From contig NC_092370.1 in assembly GCF_030028105.1 (NCBI RefSeq), positions 232,854,005 through 232,918,004 on the forward strand: 64,000 nt of DNA, written 5' to 3'. The notes beneath the pieces are model-generated. The model was not told where the DNA came from, ran no database searches, and worked only from the letters and a program-made list of their open reading frames with translations. The DNA comes from Mobula birostris. Lineage: Eukaryota. Shown piece by piece: positions 34,601-46,600 of the stretch (within the stretch, counting starts at the first letter, position 1; the number at the start of each line of letters is the position of its first letter). The position numbers and the translations under genes were made by a program.

Positions 34601-37600
34601 CTCAGGAGCTAAACAAAGGGTTATCAGGATGGTGGAAATGCAAAAGGACCCCATGGAACCGCCTCGATTCAAGTAAGTGAATAGCAATCAAACAGTAAAT
34701 TATTTCAGTGACCTTTGATTTTGTCTTCAGAAGATGATTTGTATGAGATTTAAATTCAAGTTTAGTTATCAACGTATGTTGAAACATACAATGAGATCAA
34801 CTGCGTTAATAACCAACCTGCCCAAGGATGTGCTGGGGACAACCCAAGTGTTACCACACAGTCCAGTGCCCACTATGTTTAATAGAAACATACTGTTTCA
34901 AAAAAAAAAGAACAAGTTAAACTCATTCATTATTGTCATGAAATCTGTGTGTATGTACATACAGCAAAGAACTCCAGACAAAACAGTGTGGGTAGTCAGG
35001 GGCTTTTTCCCAGGGCTGAAATGGCTATCATGAGAGGGCACAGTTTTAAGGTGCTTGGAAGTAGGTACAGAGGAGATGTCAGGGGTAGGTTTTTTACGCA
35101 GAGAGTGGTGAGTGCATGGAGTGGGCTGCCGGCAACGATGGTGGAGGCAGATACGATAGGGTCTTTTAAGAGACTCCTGGATAGGGACATGGAGCTTGGA
35201 AGAATAGAGGGCTCTGGGTAACCCTAGGTAATTTCTAAAGTAAGTACATGTTCGGCACAGCATTGTGGGCTGAAGGGCCTGTATTGTGCTGTAAATTTTC
35301 TGTTTCTACAATATGCTGATTATGTAATCAGAAATTTGATAATTTTTTGGAGCTCAAGAATATTCCATTAAATATTAAATTGTCTAATCTGTTTCTATTA
35401 ATTACGGTAAGTTCCATTCTAGTACTGTGTATGGGAGAGTGAATCAGAAATTTATTTTTTCTATTTTTATTTATTTAGCGATACACCGCAGAGTAGGCCC
35501 TTTGAGCCATACCCTCAGCAACCCTCGTGGAACCCGATTAACTCTAACCAAACCGCAGTATTATTTGCAATGACTAATTAACCTACCCGGTAGGTCTTTG
35601 GACTGAGAGGAAATCAGAGCACCCGGTGAAAACCCATGCATTCCACGGGGAGGCCATACAGACTCCTTACAGAACGGCGCTGGAATTGAACTCCAAACTC
35701 CGGATCATCCAGAGCTGTAATAGCATCATACTAACCATTTGCTACGGTGTTGTCCATTAACATGAATTCTACTGTTTCTTCTTAAAGATTTTATTCTGCT
35801 TAATTGGCTTCTGTCTTTTCTGTTTAGGATTAATAAGAAAATTCCTCGAGGTCCCCCATCACCCCCTGCACCTGTCATGCATTCGCCAAGCAGAAAGGTA
35901 GGAGCGTGATCAACTAATGCTAGAGAGAAGTGCTCACTAATATTTCATTGAGATTTTTTGAGTAGATCTTTTGTTTTAAACTTCCAGATAAAAGCTTTAT
36001 TTTTAAATCGGCTGCCACACAAGTCCTTTGTCTAGCTGTATTGTAATTTCTTTTTCATAAGCTGATTGACTCATAACTTCAGATGACTCCATAGTTCCTG
36101 CGGTGATGAATGAAATCCCCACACCAGAATCATGAGTTTGGGCCATTTAAAGTCAATTACTGCAGATGGATTAAAACTTGCTATTGTTTGGTGGCAGGGT
36201 GAAGAATGGCAGGAAGTGAAGTGACTGAAAGCAGCAGTAACTGTCACTGACAGCTCATCCTCTCTTGTGGGTTTCAGTGGAGAAATGGAGTATGGTATAA
36301 TGACTCTGCAGCAAAGTAAAATGTGGCATTGCTATTAAAAATACTTGATTTTATCAGGCAGCCTGCTGTCTAGTAAAGTTCACTGTGACATCCATCATTG
36401 AGAGAATTGCACATTACCAGCCCTCTTCCCCTACAAAACAGTTGCAGAAGATTATGCAGAACATGTAGTTCCATTCTATAGGGAGTTGAACGATCATGGT
36501 GGTGAAGCCAACTGAACAACCAAGGATTTCCTACCTGCAAGCAACTACTTTGAATTTTTTTGGAAGTATGTGCTTTTGCTGCCAGTCTTTCCCCTCTCAT
36601 TAAAAGTTCACTCCGTTGCAGTTCCACTAGTTCCTTGATTTGCTGTTCCTTCATTGTCTGAAGCGTCTGGCCAGACCATCTGCTCTATGATTGCATCCAC
36701 AGGTACCGTACCAGAAGATATCAAGCAACAACAGCGAAACAAGCCTCATACCTCCCTCCTTCCACCCATGCACATACACAGTTCTGTGACCCTAGAACAA
36801 GTGATTGTCTTCAGTCTCCAAACTTGTGGTATTGTGGACAACCCCGACTTCCCCAGTGGGCTCGCTCCAGCCAACCAGCTTCAACTTTTGTACTTCTCAT
36901 TGGCCTTCAAGCTTAATCCCGACTTTATCAAAGGAATCTGTACCATCCATATGAGGAAGTAGTAGTGAAGATGTTCATTAACTTAGAGAGAAAAGCTTTG
37001 ATTGGTGACTTGATAGGAGGAAAGAGAAGCAGAGGGATTTCCAGAGCTCTTAGTTTTAGAAGCTAAAGACATGGCCAACAGTAGAGGACTGATTAAATTA
37101 CACAATGGTCACAGGGTTAGAATTTGCAGCAGACCCCATTATAGGTCTGGAAGGGGATACAAGGAAAGCTGAAGAAAATTGAATTTATAAATCATTTTAA
37201 AGAGAAAGTGGATCATCTTTTTTAAATCTTATGTTTAAAGGGTAGGATAACTGGGACCTCCCTCTTTCAGGGAACAGTATGGGCATAGTAAGTTAAATGG
37301 CCACTTTGATGCAAAACTCTGAACACAGCACAAAATTGTGTGGGTTCATTTTGTTGCCTCATCCCTAAAATAACAAGGCTTTTTCAGCTGCATCAACTCC
37401 CCAGTTTGAGTTAAACTTGGATGCTTCTACCTGTTCAAAGTAAAAGATTCTTTATGAAGATAAAGATTAGCTTTACTTGTCATATGTTCATTGAAACATT
37501 CTGTGAAATATGTCCTTTGCATCGAATCAAATCAGCAAAGATTGTACTGGTGTAGCCTGTAAGTATCACCACAGGCACCAACATAACATGCCTACACTTC

Positions 37601-40600
37601 ACTAACCCTAAGTTCTACATCTTTGGAACATGGGAGGAAATTCACAGGGAGAATGTAAATGCATTGTAGATGGGAGTGGGAATTGAACCTCCATCTTGCA
37701 TCTGGCACTGTAAATTGTTGTGCTAATTAGTACAGTACCATGCTGCCCCAATTCAAATTCTTAGACACTTTTACTAATCTCTATTTGTTGGATCTAGTTT
37801 TCCAAAGTTGGTTGCCACATTTGTTTGTCTAGATTTCAACTCATTACACATTCGGTCAATTTATGTGCAATATTCTAGGGAAATGATACAAAAGGGTGTT
37901 ACTGTGTCTCCACGTGAATTCTGAATGTTGCTACAGTGGTGCATTTGATTAAGCCCGGCCATTCTGAGAGTTGTCCTCTTTGAGTATATGAGATTCTTCT
38001 CATAAAATATTGTTGTTTGTTTCAGATGACTGTGAAAGAACAGCAAGAGTGGAAAATTCCTCCGTGCATATCAAATTGGAAGAACGCCAAGGTAAAGAGA
38101 CTTGGAGTGATTTTTTTTTTGGAATCTACAAAGTAGAATGGTATTTATAAGAAAATGTAGTGTAACCATTAGGTTTAATTAAAATGAAAAAGCACTGTTA
38201 CCAGTACTGGAGACTGCTGGTTTAAAGAATGCATTGTTAGTTTTTTTTTAAGAGAGACTAGCAGAACAGTGTATTTTTTTTCCAATTGATGGCCATGTCA
38301 TAGCATGAGAGTAGGGTAGACAAGTTGGTGGAGAAAAATAGTTAAACTGTGCCAGTAAGGCACTTCACATACAAGAGAAGTTGTAGATCACTCAAGGATC
38401 AACTTTTATTCACCATGTACATTGATATGTATTGGAAATTTGCCATGGTGTGTTGGCGCAATGTGTGACCAGCACTTGGATTGCACTTAGAATATCTCTT
38501 GCAACTGACCTCCAATTTGCAGTAGAATTATACAAATTGAATTGTTGGTAAATCTCCAGCCTAAGCATGCTGAGAGTCAAAATCTGATTTGATTTTGAAT
38601 GGTGGGACTATCATGAGGGATGTTGTAGTTTATCAGGAGACCAAGGTGCATTAGAAAGTGTACAAAAGTGTGGCACTTGGTGGAGGTCACAACCTCTTCT
38701 CAATTTCCCTCCTTGACTTGCTTCTGAATTGATCCATATCATTTATGTCCCTGACCGTTGTCTCAAGTTTAGCCTGACCTCAGCATCCATGCATGTGCAT
38801 GAAGGCATGAGATCAGTGCATAGTTGGATAGGGTGTCTCGAATGGCAGGATGTGAAGCTCCAGCTCTGGTCGTGGAAAGGTGAGCCTTGGCATATCTTAC
38901 TTGAGGAAATTCATTGAAACTGGGAGTGATCTGTTAGAATTTCAGTGTAAATTGAATTTATTTCTTAACTGTATATGGCCCTGGGGAGAATGTTTTTGTC
39001 GTTATATTCAACAGCACTGTATCAGTGTTCCTGAATCTGCTGAAACCTCATCTTCAGGCTTGTATAAAGAAAGATGAGATTTGCAATAAATATTTTCGCC
39101 ATAGTTTTTTCCTAACGTGTGCAGTATGTATGAACTTTATACATTCAGTGGCCACTTTATTAGGTACACCTGTATACCTCATTAATGCAATCGATCAGCC
39201 AATCATGTGGCAGCAACAATGCATAAAAGCATGCAGACATAATCCAAGAGGTTCAGTTATTGGTCAGACCAAACATCAGGATGAGGAAGAAATGTAATCT
39301 AAGTGACTTTGACTGTGATTGTTGGTACCAGACAGGATGGTTTGAGTATCCCAGAAACTGCTGATTTCTTGGGGTTTTCCTGCACAGCAGTCTCAAGAGT
39401 GTACAGAGAATGGTGTGACAAATAAAATATGCAATGAGTGGCACCTCAATGGCTGAAAACGCTTTGTTAATGAGAGAGGGCAAAAGAGAATGGCCAGGCT
39501 GGTTCAAACTGATAGGAAAGTGACAGTAATTCAAATAACCAATCATTACACCAGTGGTGTGAATTCACAACACATAGAACATTGGAAGTGGATGGGCTAC
39601 AGCAGTAGACCATAATCATACTCTCAGTGGTCACTTTGTTAGGTACAGGAGGTACCAAATAAAGTGGCCACTGTGTGTATTTGTACTGGACTTGGTTCTC
39701 TAATTGATGGTTTTATTTTGGCAATGATTTCAACAAACAAATAACCAAAGCTTTAGTTATTGATAAGTTCTGATCTTGACCCAATTAACAATATCAGCAA
39801 AGGTGTAAAGATCTGAATCAACTGCCCTGGTATGTTCAGAGTGAGAATTGAATTGGACTCATTATTGCCGTTATGGTTAACATGTGATTATGTTCTGTGT
39901 TACAGGGATACACCATTCCATTGGATAAACGTTTGGCTGCTGATGGACGGGGACTTCAGACAGTTCACATTAATGAGAACTTTGCTAAACTTGCAGAGGC
40001 TCTTTACATTGCTGACAGAAAGGTATCTTTATCAACTTTTGAAAAGTTGCAAAATGCAGCCCTGTTAGTGAATTCCTCTATTCACTATTGCTCATCTGCA
40101 ACTTCGCTAAGGCAGACCTACTCCTTAACTAGCATGTGCTGTGTCCTTAGGCTCGTGAAGCTGTGGAGATGCGAGCACAGGTTGAAAGGAAAATGGCTCA
40201 GAAAGAGAAAGAGAAGAAAGAAGAGAAGCTTCGAGAATTGGCTCAGATTGCTAGGGAAAGAAGAGCTGGTATCAAGACTCACATAGAGAAAGGTAGGAAG
40301 GTTTTGTGAGGGCATCATGTGCAGAATATTTGGAAATCATGATGGTTTGACATCTGGCTCACCAAGTAGTGGTACCTACACTCCCTTCATACTTGCCAGC
40401 GCTCCAGTTTCCATGTCCCTTCACATTCCCATCACTGGCTCTCAATCTCAGCACTTCAAATATATGAGTGATTTTTCAAATATAGCGACTGGTCTTGAAT
40501 TCCTTTTAAGGTTCTAACTGAGCACATTGTTAAACATCTTAAGAGGAGCACCTTCACGTAATAAACTTTTAATTTCTGTATTTTTGGAAGTAAAAATGAC

Positions 40601-43600
40601 CTTGCGATTTGGTTTAGATTACAGTGGTTCCTAACCTGGGGTCTAGAGACCCCCTTGGTTAATGCTAGGGGTCCATGACATAAAAAAGGTTGGGAACCCC
40701 TCATTTAGAAGCATTTGTGGTTTCGGGCAGTTGAATGCAATACATTTGTTTCTAATTCCATCCTTAGAAAAAAGTGGGACAAACTGCTCTTTGGCTACTA
40801 AAATTGTAAAAAGAATGTGTAGAAAGCGATTGAATTTTTTTTTTGCCTCCTTTGCAAAAGTATCTGACCTCTGTTGGCTGTGGCCCATACTGAAGCTGCT
40901 GACATCATGTTTGTGTGGCACAGTGACTTGACATTACACTGCTGTAGTGACATTGCAATACGCGTGTACGACCTTTAACACCCTATCAACATCAGTAGTT
41001 GTTTTCAGGAAGCAATGGAATTACACCCTAAGATCCCTCTAAACTCCTAATGGTCTTGCCTTTACTGTAAAGATTCCTCTGCATTTGACCTCCTGAAACA
41101 CAACACATCATACTTGTCCAAATTAAGCTCCATCTGCCATTTCTCTGCCCACGGTTCTAACTGACCTATCTACTGCTGTAAATCATAAACAAGATTTTGC
41201 AGATGCTGAAAATCTCAAGCAACACATCCAAACTGCTGGAGGAACTCAGTAAGTCAACTACCATCTATGGAGGGGAATCAGCAGTCAATATTTTGGGCTT
41301 AAGGCCCTTCAGGACTGGAAAGGAAAGGGGCAGAAGCCAGAATAAGAAGGTGGAGGGAGGGGAAATGGTACAAACCAGCAGGTGACAGGTAGTAGTTCAT
41401 ATTCTGTCTAGGTAGCCTCCAACCTGATGGGATTAATACTGATTTCTCCAACTTCTGGTAATTTGTCCCCTCCATCCTACTCTTTTCCAATTCCTCATTC
41501 TGGTTGCCCCCTTCTCATCTGCCCATCACCTCCCTCTGGTTCCCCTCCTCCCCTTTATTCCATGGTCCACTGTCCTCTCTTTTTAAATTCCTTCGCCTTC
41601 ACCTCTTTACCTCTCCCACCTTCGCTCATCTGGTTTCACCTATCACCAGCCAGCTTGTACTCCTTCCCTTCCCCTACTTTAAATTGGCTTCTGCTCCCTT
41701 ACTTTCCAGTCCTGATGAATGGACTCAGCCCAAAATGCAACGTTTTATTCCCCTCTATAGAAACTGTCTGACTTGTTGAGTTCCTCCAGCACTTTGTGTG
41801 GATTGCTATATATTGCTGTATCCTTTGACAACCTTCCTCATTATCTGCAGATCCACCAAGTTTTATGTCATCTACAAACTTTACTTATCAGCCCATCTAC
41901 ATTTTTGGCAAAATCATTTGTACAGCAGTCCCAGCACTTACCCTCACAGAATACCACTGGGACTTCCCTTTTGAACGGAGAGAGGAAGACTTTCTTTAGC
42001 CAGAGGTGATGAATATGTGGAATTTATTGCCACAGACAGCTGTGAAGGCCAAGTCATTGGATATATTTAAAGCAGCAGTTGTTAGGTTCTTGATCAGTAA
42101 GATCATCTAAGGTTACAGGGAATAAGCAGGAGAATGGGGTTTTGAAAGAGATAATAAATCAGCTATGATGAAATGGCAGAGCAAATGGCCTAATTCTGCC
42201 CCTATGTCTTGTGCTCTTATGGACCACAGATCCCCAAACTAACTCCACCACTCAGTCATCTTTATCATTTTAAAAAAACTTACTCAAGCTTATAAGATGT
42301 GAACTTCCCTGCCTGAAGCTATGCTTACTATCCCTAGTAAGTCTAAGTGTGCAAATGCAACTATGATTTGTCTCCAGTAATACCCCTACCATTGATGTAA
42401 GACTCAGTGGCACATAATTTTCTTCGTTGTCTCTGTTTCCCTTAAAGAAAGGAGGTTATTTTCCAGTCTTCTAGAATCTTGTCTATGGTTAAAGTGGATG
42501 TATAGATGTCTGCAAAGGTGCCAGTAATCTCAGGTCTCAATAATTTGAGATGGATCCTGTCAGACCCTTGGAACTTATCTACCTTGGTTTTCTCAAGAGC
42601 TCCAACACCACTTGCTTGTTATTGACATGTCGTAGAATATCAGCATACTCCTCTCGGATCTTGTTATCTTCCATGTCCTCTGTCAATATTAATGCAAAAT
42701 ACATGTTTCATACCTATTTTCTCTGCCTCCAGGTAACAGCAGAATTTTCTTTGTTGATTATAAATGAAACTCGCTCGTTTCCTTAAGAAGGACCACACGA
42801 TACAACAAATGCAGGGCATTTCATTATTTTGTTTTCAGTTGTAGGAACTTCTTTTAAATGATAATTGGCACCTCCAATATGATAGAGTAACTGTATCCAA
42901 ATAAATGCTATTCAGCTTAAAAGTCTGATTTTCAGTAATTTCAGACAATACATTAATAATAAAAAGCTTTGTATGGTGTAGAAATTGAATAATGTGGTGT
43001 TCTTTCTCCCCCAGAGGAAAATGAAACAAGAGAAAGGGATGAAATTCGACACGAAAGACGAAAAGACCGACAACATGATCGTAATCTTGCCCGTGCAGCT
43101 CCAGATAGGAGGTATGTTACGACATGAACCTATGAGAAAATCATATTTATAAGTGGCTTAGTGCCTTGGTCTGTGCTGTGTAGAGTAGCATGCAAAAATC
43201 CTCATCTCAAAATTCCTTTGGCTTACGGCCTAGAATTAATCAGCTTTTCTTGGGGGGAAAAAAAGTTTAGTGTTACTTTTCAAGGTGATGATGCAGTTGT
43301 AAAGTTATTGGACTAGCAATCCAAAGGCCCAAATAAAACACCGCCCTGATAGCAATGGTATTTAAAATCAGTTATTAATTATTGATTGCCATAAATGTAC
43401 TGGATCGTCATTAAAAACTTACCTCCTTTAGAAGAAATCTACTATTCCTGTCTGATCTGGCATTGTTACTCAGATTGGCACTTGCCCTCTGAAAAGGCCC
43501 AACAAATCATTTGGTGGTGCCATTACCACAGGTAGAGGCAGAATAAATCCAGACACACCACCTGGTGTCAGTGCTAGTATCAAATTCAGATGCAGTAAAG

Positions 43601-46600
43601 TAGCTTGCAGCCAGTTGACTTCACAGACAATTGGGGAGTGGAGTCTAAATTGGCAAGCAGTCCCACAGTCTGGTCGTGCAGAGGTTGTAAACATTGAATC
43701 ACATGCCCTAAGGCAAATGCCAGGCTCTGCCATCACAATCCCTTGGTACATCCTATCCAGGCAGCAGTGACAGCACAGTGATATCCGGGCAGGAAGCAGT
43801 AGCCGTGGTGATCCCCACTATTAGCCTCAGAGCCCATAAGGTCCCATGGCATTAAGTCAAATATGGTCAAGGAAACTCAGTGTCTGTCCTTGGTTGATGA
43901 GTTGGTGCTTCTCCATTTGGAAGAACATATGGAAATACCAGGAGAACCAAATGTACTCTGGCTAAAGTACTTCAATGATCATCCCAAAGGTGGCTTAGTA
44001 TCCATGCTGGCTGAGTTGACTGAACGCTGAAGCATGGATCTGCTAGAGTCGGTCTGTGGCAGGTAGTGAGTGAATTCATTTAAGATATAAACCTTTCTGA
44101 CCTTGTTTGTGTTGCCAGACGATTCAGTGGCAAATGTTTCTGTCCATAATAGCTTTCAGTAGAAGTATGACTACATAGTAATATTAATTGTGTTGTGTAG
44201 CATTATAATTGTACTACGTAGGGTAGATTTGGAAACTGTCTACCGGCTCAACGGCATCTGTGGGGCATTTTGGGCCATCAGCAGTAGTAGAAATGTACAC
44301 CAACAAAATCTGTAATAATTGTGTTATTTAACCTTTCCCTCCATCTAACACTACCGTCAAGCCAGGATATCAATATAGTTTCACTGAGGTGCAGTCGGAC
44401 AAGTCTTAACTAGTTTTAACTAACAATCAGGTGCTAAGCAAGTTGCCCTCAACACTGAAGCCACAAATCAGGACTACATGCATGCTAAATAACAAAAATA
44501 CCATGCCAACAGAAATGGATAAGCGACTGATGGATCAGATCAATCCTCTGCAGCCCTGTCACATATAATTATTGCTGGTGGAAAATTTAAAATGGCTAAC
44601 TGGAATAGGAAGCTTCAACAATATTCTTCAGTGAGTGCTGAAGAAGACACAACCACATTTATCTGGAAGTTCCAAATAGTCAAACAGGAAAGGCACTTCA
44701 AACCACTGAGACGGTGCTGACAACTGCCCATTTGCACCAGTCCTATATTAATCTTATCAACTCCCTCAGATTCTATCACTCAGCTACGCATTAGTCAATT
44801 GACTACCAATCAACACATCTAGAGGAAATTCTCATGGTCCCAAGGATAACGTGCAAACTCCACATAGCACCCAAGGTCAGGTTTAAACCCAGATCACAAT
44901 CACTGAGATAACCCCTCTTAGTGCCCAAAATAAACGGTCAGTCTTGCCTTCTGGCCTGGGTCTGCAATAATGGAAGCCAGTCTACAGCAAGTCTGATTGC
45001 TTCTACATTGTATCAAGAAGCAACACAGAACACCGGGTACAACAGATGCCATGGAACCAGGCACATCCTAGTAATAGTAGAGGAGACTTGCACTGAGGAA
45101 CTAACTCTAGCTAAGCTGTTCCAGTACAGAAACAATACTGGCATCTATCTGAAATAGCTTGTGGTTGTTGAAAGCTGAGCAGTCCAGTCCCAGCACATCT
45201 CTGCAAAAAGTTCCCCATGGCAGTGACTTAGACCTAATTATCTCCGACTTAAATCAAAAGCTTTCTTTCATTGTGAGGTCACCAGTAATTTGATTCTGTT
45301 TGGAAAGGAGCAGTCTGTCCTTAAAAAAACTAAAAAAAAAGTATTAAATTAGTCCTGATGAAGGGTTCAGCTCGAAATGTTGGCTTTTTATTCCTGTATA
45401 GATGCTGCCTGACCTGCTGAGTTCCTCCTGCATTTTGCATTTTCCTGATTTCTAACATTGCAGAAAGTATGATGTTGGTAGTTAAGAAACAATACCGTGC
45501 ATTCATTTCATGTACAGCTTCAGTAGAGTCTAAAATGTTCTAGAACCATGAAGTAAGTCAGTGTTGAAATGCAGAAAATGCAATTTCCAGTTGCACGCCA
45601 TAAACACCCACAAATAGCACTATGACCAGAAATTCGAGTTTAGCAATTTTGACTAAAGGATGAATATTGCTCAGTGTATTGTTGCAAGTGTGAGCCTACT
45701 GAGGGTATGTTAACAAGATCTCGTGGCACTTTGTAACACAGAACTACATACATGCCAAGCAGCAAGGGCTGAGGTGAGTCAGGTCATCAGCCTGATGAAA
45801 CTCACTGAAACAATCACATCGCTCTATGTGGGAGCTTCCTTTGAAATTATTTAGTTACAGAACAAAATAGACCCTCAGCCACGCCAACATCAACCCACCA
45901 ATTTAACCAAGCCTAATCACAGGACAACTTACAATGACTAATTAACTTACTAATCTTTGGACTGTAGGAGGAACAGTACCCAGAGGAAACCCACGTGATC
46001 ATGGGAAGTACATGCAAACTCCTTACAGATGATGTCAGAATTGAACTCTAATCTCTTGATGCCACAAGCTGTAATACCGTTGCTCTAACCACTATGCTAT
46101 AGTGGCGCCCACCTTCAGAATGGCACTTGCAACAATGCAGCATTCTGAATAGGCCTGGATTGCCAGCCAAACCTTCTGGTTTGGAGATAATACTGAGCCA
46201 CAGATACCTGCAAGGAAATAATGGCCAATAAACCAGAGCCCTGAATACAGATGTGAGATGTTTTACTTGTTGAGAGGCACATAATCTCTATTGAGATGAA
46301 ACATTAAATAATATTCCCTCAAAAAAGTGTGCTTTTTTGCCAGTCTCTTGTTTGGCTTTGAACAAATAAACATTTAACTCTAAGGGGGAGTGCTGTTTCT
46401 AAGCTACTGTATGTCATCAGTAAAATCTGAGAGATGAACAGGTTTCTTTTAAGCCAACTGATAATGTTACATTTTAATTTTCAGTATTTTTCAGTAATTT
46501 TTAAATCTGGAACTCTGCTATAGTAAGAATTAGATGGGCAGGTGAGAGTGAACGATTTGCAAGCCTGTGGAAAATTAGGGGAATGAGACTTTATCTATCA

